Below, one piece after another: positions 43,636 to 52,644 of a stretch of DNA of 64,000 nucleotides. Source of the DNA: an uncultured Lachnospiraceae bacterium (GTDB lineage Bacteria; Bacillota; Clostridia; Lachnospirales; Lachnospiraceae); NCBI GenBank assembly GCA_963557065.1, contig CAUWCT010000043.1, positions 4,197 to 68,196 of the forward strand, given 5' to 3'. Below the pieces are notes generated by a model. That model did not search any database, was not told where the DNA came from, and saw only the letters and a program-made list of their open reading frames with translations. Within the stretch, counting starts at the first letter, position 1. Each line of letters begins with the position of its first letter. Made by a program: the position numbers and the translations under genes.

Positions 43636-44338
43636 CCCGTCCCCGTCCGCCAAACAAAAGCACCAGACGCAGAAGCTGCAAAATAGAGCCTAACGCCGCT
43701 GCCACATAGGTCAGAGCCGCAGCGCCCAACACTTTTTTCGTGCCGTCTACTTCCTGTTCCATCAAAATGCCTGTATCCCCTAAAAGGCGAACGGCCCTGG
43801 CAGAAGCATTAAATTCTACCGGAAGGGTGATAAGCTGAAACAAAACTGCTCCTACAAATAAAAGAATCCCAATCTGAATCAGTATATGCCCTCCTCTTCC
43901 CAAAAGCAGGCCGATTAAAATCAAAGGCCAGGAAAGCTGAGAGCCAAAATTGGCAATCGGTACAAAAGCGCCTCTCAGTTTCAGGGGAGCGTAATCTCTG
44001 GCATCCTGAATGGCATGTCCGCACTCGTGAGCCGCAACCCCCAGCGCCGCAATGGATGTGGCTCCATATACCGACTGGGACAGGTTGACTGTCCTGCTTC
44101 TGGGATCATAGTGATCCGTAAGGTTTCCTCTTACCTGGCGAACCGATACGTCATAAATCCCCTGGGAGTTTAAAATCCGCATTGCCACCTCTGCGCCTGT
44201 CATGCCGCAGGCGCTGCGCACCCTTGCATACCGGTTAAACGTAGAATTGACTCTGGCAGAAGCCAGGGCAGACAGCAGCACTCCGATTAAAACCAGGATC
44301 ATCGTCGGGTCAAACCTGTAGTAGTATCCATATCCCAT
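43625..44338 (-). CDS. YugP-type putative neutral zinc metallopeptidase (membrane)
   Basis: HECGHAIQ (HExxH) with flanking TM helices. Confidence 0.8.
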   Translation of the reverse strand: MGYGYYYRFDPTMILVLIGVLLSALASARVNSTFNRYARVRSACGMTGAEVAMRILNSQGIYDVSVRQVRGNLTDHYDPRSRTVNLSQSVYGATSIAALGVAAHECGHAIQDARDYAPLKLRGAFVPIANFGSQLSWPLILIGLLLGRGGHILIQIGILLFVGAVLFQLITLPVEFNASARAVRLLGDTGILMEQEVDGTKKVLGAAALTYVAAALGSILQLLRLVLLFGGRGRDDE

Positions 44339-45280
44339 TTACTGTGTTCTCCTTTCAAATACGGCGCCTTTTTCCACTGAAAATCCTCTTAAAAATGCGC
44401 CTGCATCCATCCGCTTTTTTCCCTCCAGCTGAAGTTCGCAAAGCTTTAAGGCACCCTTGCCGCATGTTACAATCAGGCCATCTTTTAACACTTCCGTTAT
44501 CTGTCCAAAAGTCCCCTCATACTCCCCGTCCAGGACCTGGGCTTTCCAGATCTTAATGGTTTTGCCTTTTAAGGAAGAATAGGCGCTGGGCCAGGAATTT
44601 AAAGCGCGGATAAGACGCTCAATCGCCGGCGCGTCCATAGACCAGTCAATGTCTCCCAGTTCCTTTGTAATCTTTTTGGCATAACAGGTTCCTGTCTCCG
44701 GCTGCCTGGTCCGGGTAAGAGTGCCTGCTTCTAATTTTTCCAGAGTGGAAACAATCAATCTGCCCCCTGCCAAAGCCAGTTTGTCATGAAGGCTTTCCCC
44801 TGTGTCCTGACTGTCAATGGGCACTGCTGCCTTTTCCAGCATATCTCCTGTATCCAGTCCTGCATCCATCATCATGGTGGTAATGCCGGTTTCTGTCTCT
44901 CCGTCAATGAGCGCCCACTGAATGGGAGCGGCTCCCCGGTATTTGGGAAGGAGGGATGCATGAATGTTGATGCAGCCGTATTTGGGCAAATCCAGAATCT
45001 CCTGAGAAATAATCTGTCCAAAGGCCACAACTACAATTACCTCCGGGGCAAGTTGGGCCAAAACTTTTACAAATTCCGGATCCCTCACCTTTGCCGGCTG
45101 ATATACCGGAATGTTCAGTTCCATAGCCCGCATCTTTACCGGAGTCATCAAAACCGCCTTTCCTCTGCCCTTAGGCTTATCCGGCTGAGTTACGCAGGCA
45201 AGAATCTGATGGCCCGCCTCTGTCAGACTGTTTAAAGCAGCCACCGAAAAGTCCGGCGTTCCCATAAAAACAATCCGCAT
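44339..45280 (-). CDS. fmt: Methionyl-tRNA formyltransferase
   Basis: MRIVFMGTPDFSV, HASLLPKYRGAAPIQWA. Confidence 0.95.
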   Translation of the reverse strand: MRIVFMGTPDFSVAALNSLTEAGHQILACVTQPDKPKGRGKAVLMTPVKMRAMELNIPVYQPAKVRDPEFVKVLAQLAPEVIVVVAFGQIISQEILDLPKYGCINIHASLLPKYRGAAPIQWALIDGETETGITTMMMDAGLDTGDMLEKAAVPIDSQDTGESLHDKLALAGGRLIVSTLEKLEAGTLTRTRQPETGTCYAKKITKELGDIDWSMDAPAIERLIRALNSWPSAYSSLKGKTIKIWKAQVLDGEYEGTFGQITEVLKDGLIVTCGKGALKLCELQLEGKKRMDAGAFLRGFSVEKGAVFERRTQ

Positions 45281-45759
45281 TATTCCTCATCCTCCATCTC
45301 TTCTGTATCTTCCAGCTCACCTTCTACCTTTTCCACATACAGATGTCCATGCAGGTGATCGCATTCATGGCAGATTGCTCTGGCCAAAAATCCTTCGCCT
45401 TCCAGCTCAAACTCTTCCATATTTTCATTATATGCCCGAACTCTTACTTTATCAGGCCGGGTTACAATGCCGGATTTCCCCGGAACGCTCAAGCACCCTT
45501 CCGGACCGGTCTGGCTGCCCTCCGTCCAGGTAATTTCCGGATTGATAAGCACATACTGATTGCCGTCTTCTACATCAATGACCACAATCTGCTTTAAAAT
45601 ACCGACCTGGGGAGCCGCAAGCCCTACTCCGCCGGTCTCATACATAGTCTCAAACATATCCTCAATCAGTTCTCCCAGGCGGGGCGTCATCTCTTTTACC
45701 GCCTTACACTCTTTTGTTAAAATATCGTCTCCTATGGTACGAATCTGTCTGATTGCCAT
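45280..45759 (-). CDS. def: Peptide deformylase
   Basis: GVGLAAPQ, EGCLSVPG and HECDHL. Confidence 0.95.
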   Translation of the reverse strand: MAIRQIRTIGDDILTKECKAVKEMTPRLGELIEDMFETMYETGGVGLAAPQVGILKQIVVIDVEDGNQYVLINPEITWTEGSQTGPEGCLSVPGKSGIVTRPDKVRVRAYNENMEEFELEGEGFLARAICHECDHLHGHLYVEKVEGELEDTEEMEDEE

Positions 45760-45799
45760 AACTGTCCACTCACCTTTTCTCTCTCATTTTACGCAGATC

Positions 45800-48040
45800 C
45801 TACGTAATATCATATTGGATGGCTGTCTCTTTCGATAGATCCGCCATCTCCCATAATTCTTCCAGATAGGTCCTGATTTTTATTAGTATATCATAGTTTT
45901 CAGATTTCAGATATAAAATTTTTCTGTAGATATCATTAACTTTGTAGATCGGGGCATTGACCGGTCCAATCAGAGAAACCGGTTGGGCTTTTAGAACTGC
46001 CTTTTCGCTCCAGCCTTTCAGCAGGTTTACAGCCGCCTTAAGCACATCCTCCCGTTTGTCTGATACCTGAATGGTTAAAATCCCGCACGCCGGAGGATAT
46101 TTGAGCATGCGCCGAAATGCCATCTCCTGCTGAAAAAAAAGGCTGTAATCCTGTTTGGCAGCAGCCTGAATGCTGTAATGATCCGGCGCATAAGTCTGAA
46201 TCACCACATCTCCGGCCTGTGTATCTCTTCCGGCTCTTCCGGCTGCCTGGGTCAGAAGCTGAAATGTTCTCTCCGCGCATCGAAAGTCTGGTGCATAAAG
46301 GGAGGTATCCGCTGCCAGCACGCCTACCAGTGTCACGTTTGGGAAATCATGGCCCTTAACAATCATCTGAGTTCCGATTAAAATCTGAGCATCGCCCTGT
46401 TCAAAAGCAGACAGAATTTCCTCATGGCCTCCCTTTTTGGAAGTCGTATCCAGATCCATCCGCAAAGTGGACACTCCGGGAAACCGTTTCTCTGTCATGG
46501 CCTGAATTTTTTGAGTTCCCGTCCCGAATCCGGCAATATAGGGAGAACCGCAGTCCGGACACCGTTCTGGTTTGGGAATCGTATATCCGCAGTAATGACA
46601 TATCATGCGCCCATCCTGGTGAAGGGTCAGTGTCACATCACAGTGAGGACATTTAATCGCTTCCCCGCAGGATCGGCAGGAAATAAAGCTGGAATATCCT
46701 CTCCGATTCATAAACAGCATAATCTGCTGGCCTTTTTTCAGCCGGTCCTCCATCATTTCCTGAAGCAGTCCGCTGAATATGGATTTATTGCCTGCCCGCA
46801 TCTCTTCCCTTAAATCCACGATATGAACATTGGCAAGGCGGCTGTTTTGTTTCGCCCGTTCCGTCAAGGTATACAGCCGGTACTCACCCCTTACGGCTTT
46901 GTCGTAGCTTTCCACAGAAGGCGTGGCAGACCCCAGCACTAAAGACGCCTGGTTTTGCCTGGCACGAAACCAGGCAGTTTCCCTGGCATGGTATCTGGGG
47001 GAAATCTCACTTTTATAGGCCCCCTCATGTTCTTCATCTATAATAATCAGTCCCAGATTCTGAAAGGGCGTAAAAAGCGCCGATCGGGGGCCAATCATAA
47101 TCGAGATTTCTTTCTTCTTTGCCCGCTCAAACTGGTCGTACCGTTCTCCTGCAGAAAGCCTGGAATTGATAAAGGACACGTCCGATCCAAATCGCTTATA
47201 AAACCGCATCACCGTCTGATAGGTCAGGGCAATCTCCGGGATCAGCACAATCACTTCTTTTCCCAGTTTCCTCATATACTCAATAAGCCCCATATAGACT
47301 TCCGTTTTGCCGCTTCCCGTAATGCCATGGATCAGAGAAATTCCCCGCTCTCCCTGCTGGTAACGGGCAATAAAATCATCTACAATCTCCTGCTGTCCGG
47401 CATTTAATGCAGGGGGTGCCGCCTTTCTTTTTTCTGAAGAAAGAAAGGCGGCACCCGGATTCCGGTAAACACTTTCAGACTCGATTGCCACAATCCCCTG
47501 TTTTTTTAGAGGCGTCAAAGTAGCAGGCGTCAGCGAGAGCTGATGGACTGCGGTTTCGTAGGGGAGCACATCCACTGACTGAAACGTCTCAAGAAGCCGG
47601 ACTCTGGCCCGGTATTTCTTTCGTTCTGCTTCCTGTAAGGCTTCTATCAGCGCTTCTTTTGACAGAAGACAGCGAATATACTTTTTTTCTTCTCCTCTGA
47701 CCTTCTGTTTAACTGGAAGTACGGTTTTTAATGCCTGATTCATGGTAGAACCGTACCGTTCCTTCATCCACCAGGCCAGTTCAATCAACTGGGATTCTGC
47801 GCTTACGCTGCCCTCTACCACTCCCAGGATTTCTTTTACCCTGCTTTCGTCAAAATCAATTTTTTCGCTTAGTCCTACCACATATCCGGTTCTCTCTTTA
47901 TTGCCGGCTCCAAAGGGAATCCGCACCCTCATCCCGGCCTGAATATTTCCCAAAAGCCTTTCTGGAATTCGGTACGAAAAAGGACGGTCTACTTTTTCGT
48001 GAGAAATATCAATAATCACCTGGGCATATTTTATGGCCAT
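45800..48040 (-). CDS. priA: Primosomal protein N' (replication restart helicase PriA)
   Basis: GITGSGKTEVY, DEEHE, and the Cys-rich zinc region CRSCGEAIKCPHCDVTLTLH...CHYCG...CPDCGS. Confidence 0.95.
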   Translation of the reverse strand: MAIKYAQVIIDISHEKVDRPFSYRIPERLLGNIQAGMRVRIPFGAGNKERTGYVVGLSEKIDFDESRVKEILGVVEGSVSAESQLIELAWWMKERYGSTMNQALKTVLPVKQKVRGEEKKYIRCLLSKEALIEALQEAERKKYRARVRLLETFQSVDVLPYETAVHQLSLTPATLTPLKKQGIVAIESESVYRNPGAAFLSSEKRKAAPPALNAGQQEIVDDFIARYQQGERGISLIHGITGSGKTEVYMGLIEYMRKLGKEVIVLIPEIALTYQTVMRFYKRFGSDVSFINSRLSAGERYDQFERAKKKEISIMIGPRSALFTPFQNLGLIIIDEEHEGAYKSEISPRYHARETAWFRARQNQASLVLGSATPSVESYDKAVRGEYRLYTLTERAKQNSRLANVHIVDLREEMRAGNKSIFSGLLQEMMEDRLKKGQQIMLFMNRRGYSSFISCRSCGEAIKCPHCDVTLTLHQDGRMICHYCGYTIPKPERCPDCGSPYIAGFGTGTQKIQAMTEKRFPGVSTLRMDLDTTSKKGGHEEILSAFEQGDAQILIGTQMIVKGHDFPNVTLVGVLAADTSLYAPDFRCAERTFQLLTQAAGRAGRDTQAGDVVIQTYAPDHYSIQAAAKQDYSLFFQQEMAFRRMLKYPPACGILTIQVSDKREDVLKAAVNLLKGWSEKAVLKAQPVSLIGPVNAPIYKVNDIYRKILYLKSENYDILIKIRTYLEELWEMADLSKETAIQYDIT

Positions 48041-48046
48041 ATCAGC

Positions 48047-49486
48047 CTATATCTCCTTTACAAACTCTGCTGCAATGCTCCCCAATCCCATACAGTTGGA
48101 GCCTTTAAAGAGCACGCAGTCTCCATCTTTTAAATTGGTTTTTAAATACTCCAAAAGAGAGTTTTTATCCTCAAAAGAGACAATCTTTATCCTCTGTCCG
48201 GCATCTGGTTCTGCCTCTAAAAGTCCGTTCCCGATCTCTTTTGCCAGTTCTCCCAACAGCAGCAGTTCGTCTGCCATATGCTCCTTTAAATGACCGGAAA
48301 TGTAAGTTCCAATTTCTTTGTGATAGATCTTTTCCTCTGGCCCCAGTTCCTTCATGTCTGCCAGGACTGCCACTTTGCGCCGCCCTGGATGGATGGACAT
48401 TAATACCTCCAATCCAGCCTTCATGGATACCGGGCTTGCATTGTAAGAATCGTCAATCACAGTATAACTGCCGGTCTCAAAAATCTGCTGTCTGCCCTGA
48501 TAACCGGTAAAGTTTTCCAGCGCCTTTGCCGCATCCTCAAGCGCCACATTATTTTCTTTTGCCACTGCAATAGACAAAATGGCATTTAATACATTGTGGC
48601 TTCCCAAAACCTTTAACCGGACTTTTGTCTGCTCTCCATCCGGACAGCAGGCAGTAAATACAGGAAATCCATCTTCCAACGTCACATCTGCTGCCCGATA
48701 ATCGCAGTTTTCTCCTGTGCCGTAATAAATGGTCCGACAGCCCGGCTTTGCAGTTTTATTTTTTAAAAAGGGATCGTCCCCGTTTAAAAACAGGACGCCA
48801 CCGTCTTTCATCCCTTCCTGAATCTTTAATTTTTCCATGCAGATATTCTCCTGGGTCTTTAACTGGCCGATATGTGCAATTCCAATGTTGGTCACTGCGG
48901 CCATGTCCACTCTGGCTATCGAGGCGATTTTTTCCATTTCTCCCGGTTCGCTCATTCCCAGTTCCAGTACCGCGATTTCCTCTTCCGGTTCAATCTGAAA
49001 CAGGGTAATGGGTACACCCACCTGGCTGTTGTAGTTTCCGGCAGTTTTAAACACCCGTCTATATCCCCCGGACAGGGCGCAGGAAATCATCTCTCTTGTG
49101 GTGGTTTTTCCCACGCTTCCCGTCACACCGATTACCGGTATCTTTACGCGGTTTCTGCAAAAAGAACCAATATCCTGGAGGGCTTTTACGGTGTCCTCTA
49201 CATAAATCCAGGCCGCATCCGGCAGGAAAGAAAACTTTCTCATCTCCTGCTCTGCTGATGCCCGGTCAGGGTGTCTGGCTGTGAGGACCGCCACTGCCCC
49301 CTGTTTTATGGCAGGGCAGATAAACTGGTGGCCGTCAACCCGCTCTCCCACAACCGGAACAAACAGGGCGCCTTTTCCCGCTTTTCTGGAGTCTGTCTCA
49401 ATAGAGGTAATTCGCATCTCTCCAGACCCCCATACCAGTCTCCCTCCAGATGCCTTTACAATCTCTTCTGCGCTTAACTGAGACAT
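48047..49486 (-). CDS. murF: UDP-N-acetylmuramoyl-tripeptide--D-alanyl-D-alanine ligase
   Basis: GVTGSVGKTTTREM and the Mur ligase middle and C-terminal domains. Its stop is 6 nt from the priA start. Confidence 0.9.
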   Translation of the reverse strand: MSQLSAEEIVKASGGRLVWGSGEMRITSIETDSRKAGKGALFVPVVGERVDGHQFICPAIKQGAVAVLTARHPDRASAEQEMRKFSFLPDAAWIYVEDTVKALQDIGSFCRNRVKIPVIGVTGSVGKTTTREMISCALSGGYRRVFKTAGNYNSQVGVPITLFQIEPEEEIAVLELGMSEPGEMEKIASIARVDMAAVTNIGIAHIGQLKTQENICMEKLKIQEGMKDGGVLFLNGDDPFLKNKTAKPGCRTIYYGTGENCDYRAADVTLEDGFPVFTACCPDGEQTKVRLKVLGSHNVLNAILSIAVAKENNVALEDAAKALENFTGYQGRQQIFETGSYTVIDDSYNASPVSMKAGLEVLMSIHPGRRKVAVLADMKELGPEEKIYHKEIGTYISGHLKEHMADELLLLGELAKEIGNGLLEAEPDAGQRIKIVSFEDKNSLLEYLKTNLKDGDCVLFKGSNCMGLGSIAAEFVKEI

Positions 49487-50937
49487 GACTGTACCACCTC
49501 CTCGATAACCGCACGATCTGAAAATGGCCGGCGCACTCCGTTTTCTTCCTGATAATCTTCATGACCCTTTCCGATTACTGCAATCATATCTCCCTCTTTT
49601 GCATGAGTAATGGCATAGGAAATAGCCTCTCTTCTGTCTGGAATCTCCAGATACTTCCCTCCGGTGGGAATAAGAGCTGACTTAATATCTGCAAGAATAT
49701 CCTCTGTCTTTTCAAACCTGGAGTTATCCGCTGTCAAAATACACAGATCCGCCATCTTTCCTCCCATTTCTCCCATGGCATACCTTCTGTCTTTAGAACG
49801 GTTTCCTCCGCATCCAAACACACATACCAGACGTTTGGGATGGTATTCCCTCAAAGTCTTCAAAAGACTTTCCATGCTCACTGCATTATGGGCATAATCT
49901 ACGATTACAGAACACCTGGGAGAACTGTGTACCAGTTCCATCCGGCCGTTTACCCGCAGGCTTTTCAATGCCTGCTCCGCCTTACTCTCAGGAAGATCCA
50001 AAAAGCTTGTCACTGCAAATGCTCCCAGTGCATTATAGACATTAAACCGTCCCGGAACTCCCACTTTGACATCTGCCTCATATCTGCCTTTCATGTCAAA
50101 CTCAGTGCCCACAAATCCATCCTCTGCCACACAGCGGATATTGTCTGCCAGGAAATCGCAGGAAGTCTTCAGACTGTACTCATAAACCGGACACGCTGCA
50201 TGTGTTCGGATTTCCTCATAATGGCTGTCATCCCGGTTTAAAATCCCCACCTTTGCCATGGTAAAAATCCGGGACTTCCAGTATAAGTATTCCTCAAACG
50301 TCTCATGTTCATTGGGACCGATGTGATCCGGCGAAAGATTGGTAAACAGGGCATAATCAAAGCAAATCCCATCTACCCGGTGCATTTTTAACCCCTGAGA
50401 AGAAACCTCCATGACCACGTACTCGCACCCGGCCTTTACCATTTTATCCAATGCTTCCTGGATGGTCCAGGATTCCGGTGTGGTATTGACCGTCGGCCAG
50501 GTCTTATGGCCAATCACAATCCCTGTGGTTCCAATCATCCCCACCTTTTTCCCGCAGGCTTCTAAGATCGCCTTGATCATATGGGTTGTGGTTGTTTTTC
50601 CTTTTGTGCCTGTTACGCCGATGGTCACCATTTTTTCAGCCGGATAACCGAATCTGGCAGCGGAAAGACAGGCCAGAGCCCTGCGGCCGTTTTCTACCTG
50701 AATGACTGTAACATCTTCCGGAACCGTTACCGGATGTTCTACTACCAGCACTTTGCAGCCGGATAAAAGAACGTCCGGAATAAACTGGTGGGAATCTTCA
50801 TTTGCTCCTCTCATGCAGACAAATACTGTGTGCCCTGCTGCCTTTCTGGAATCATAAATTACTTCTGTTACTTCCTCATCCAGGTTTCCCTGAAGAAGGG
50901 TATAAGAGATATTTAGAAGCCAATCTCGAACTGCCAT
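49474..50937 (-). CDS. murE: UDP-N-acetylmuramoyl-L-alanyl-D-glutamate--2,6-diaminopimelate ligase (probably meso-DAP adding)
   Basis: GVTGTKGKTTTTHM. The specificity segment TADNSRFE keeps the Asn and Arg of the DNPR motif seen in DAP-adding MurE. Confidence 0.85.
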   Translation of the reverse strand: MAVRDWLLNISYTLLQGNLDEEVTEVIYDSRKAAGHTVFVCMRGANEDSHQFIPDVLLSGCKVLVVEHPVTVPEDVTVIQVENGRRALACLSAARFGYPAEKMVTIGVTGTKGKTTTTHMIKAILEACGKKVGMIGTTGIVIGHKTWPTVNTTPESWTIQEALDKMVKAGCEYVVMEVSSQGLKMHRVDGICFDYALFTNLSPDHIGPNEHETFEEYLYWKSRIFTMAKVGILNRDDSHYEEIRTHAACPVYEYSLKTSCDFLADNIRCVAEDGFVGTEFDMKGRYEADVKVGVPGRFNVYNALGAFAVTSFLDLPESKAEQALKSLRVNGRMELVHSSPRCSVIVDYAHNAVSMESLLKTLREYHPKRLVCVFGCGGNRSKDRRYAMGEMGGKMADLCILTADNSRFEKTEDILADIKSALIPTGGKYLEIPDRREAISYAITHAKEGDMIAVIGKGHEDYQEENGVRRPFSDRAVIEEVVQSCLS

Positions 50938-50947
50938 AGTTCCTCCT

Positions 50948-52618
50948 TTAGAATAATCCGGTGATTACTCCCTTTTCATTTACATCAATATTGTCTGCAG
51001 CCGGTTTTTTGGGAAGCCCCGGCATGGTCATAATAGCCCCTGTAAGCACCACTACAAAGCCTGCCCCTGCAGATACATAGGCATCTCTTACCGTTATGTT
51101 GAATCCGGTAGGACGGCCCAGTTTGGTCTGATCATCCGATAAAGAATACTGGGTCTTTGCCATGCAGACCGGAAGACTGCCAAATCCCATTTCCTCAATT
51201 CGCTTTAACGCTTTCTCTGCTGCCGGCGCATAGGACACTTTGTCGGCTCCATAGATTTCAGCGGCAACCGTATGAATCTTGTCTTTTAAAGACAGTTCAT
51301 CCGGATAGAGAACGTGGAAATTGCTTTCCTTTCTCTCTAACGTATGAATGACTTTTTCCGCCAGTTCCACACCGCCTTCTCCGCCTTTTTCCCAAACCTC
51401 AGAGAGAGCAAATTCACATCCTCTGTCCTCGCAGAATTTCCTGACATATTCATACTCAGCCTGTGTATCTGTGATAAAGGAATTTAATGTTACTACAACA
51501 GGAACCCCGTATTTTTGCAGATTTTCAATATGTTTTTCCAGATTTACGATTCCTCTGGAAAGAGCCGCCATATTTTCCTCTGCCAAATCGGCTTTTGCCA
51601 CGCCGCCATTGTACTTTAATGCCCGGATGGTTGCCACCAAAACCACTGCATCCGGCTTTAATCCCGCCTTGCGGCACTTGATGTCAAAGAATTTTTCTGC
51701 ACCCAGGTCTGCGCCGAATCCTGCTTCTGTTACCACAATATCCGCCAGCTTCAAAGCTGTCTTGGTTGCTCTTACGCTGTTGCATCCATGGGCAATATTG
51801 GCAAAGGGACCTCCATGAACAATGGCTCCTGTGTGCTCTAATGTCTGGATTAAGTTTGGCTTTAAGGCATCTTTTAACAGAGCCGCCATAGCGCCCACTG
51901 CATGGAGCTGGGCAGCCGTAACCGGTTCTCCTGCAAAATTATATGCAACTACAATTCTTCCCAGACGCTCCTTTAAATCTTTCATATCGTCTGCCAGACA
52001 GAGGATCGCCATAATTTCAGAGGCAACTGTAATTACAAAATGGTCTTCTCTTACCATTCCGTCTCCCTTTGCTCCCAGGCCTACCACAACGTTTCGCAGT
52101 ACCCGGTCATTCATGTCCAGACAGCGTTTCCATAAAATCTGTCTCGGATCAATGCCAAGGGCATTCCCCTGCTGAATATGGTTGTCCAAAAGAGCGGCTA
52201 ACAGGTTATTGGCTGAGGTGATAGCATGAAAATCTCCTGTGAAATGAAGGTTTAAATCTTCCATGGGGACTACCTGGGCGTAACCGCCTCCGGCAGCACC
52301 GCCTTTTATGCCAAAGCATGGTCCCAAAGAAGGTTCCCGTAAGGCAATAATGGCATTTTTCCCCACCCTGGCAAATGCCTGCCCCAGTCCTACGGAAGTG
52401 GTGGTCTTTCCCTCTCCGGCCGGAGTAGGATTGATGGCTGTTACCAAAACCAGCTTGCCGTCCGGCCGGTTTTTGATTCTCTCCCAAAGTTCATCGCCAA
52501 GCTTTGCCTTGTATTTTCCGTAGAGCTCCAGTTCCTCCTCCATTACTCCGTAATTTGCAGCCACTTCTTTAATGGGCTGCATAACTGCTTCCTGTGCAAT
52601 TTCAATATCGGTTTTCAT
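50948..52618 (-). CDS. fhs: Formate--tetrahydrofolate ligase
   Basis: [11 protein letters not shown]..., the P-loop [10 protein letters not shown], and full-length FTHFS similarity. Confidence 0.95.
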   Translation of the reverse strand: MKTDIEIAQEAVMQPIKEVAANYGVMEEELELYGKYKAKLGDELWERIKNRPDGKLVLVTAINPTPAGEGKTTTSVGLGQAFARVGKNAIIALREPSLGPCFGIKGGAAGGGYAQVVPMEDLNLHFTGDFHAITSANNLLAALLDNHIQQGNALGIDPRQILWKRCLDMNDRVLRNVVVGLGAKGDGMVREDHFVITVASEIMAILCLADDMKDLKERLGRIVVAYNFAGEPVTAAQLHAVGAMAALLKDALKPNLIQTLEHTGAIVHGGPFANIAHGCNSVRATKTALKLADIVVTEAGFGADLGAEKFFDIKCRKAGLKPDAVVLVATIRALKYNGGVAKADLAEENMAALSRGIVNLEKHIENLQKYGVPVVVTLNSFITDTQAEYEYVRKFCEDRGCEFALSEVWEKGGEGGVELAEKVIHTLERKESNFHVLYPDELSLKDKIHTVAAEIYGADKVSYAPAAEKALKRIEEMGFGSLPVCMAKTQYSLSDDQTKLGRPTGFNITVRDAYVSAGAGFVVVLTGAIMTMPGLPKKPAADNIDVNEKGVITGLF

Positions 52619-52644
52619 CCTTCATCCTCCTGTGTGTTTTATTC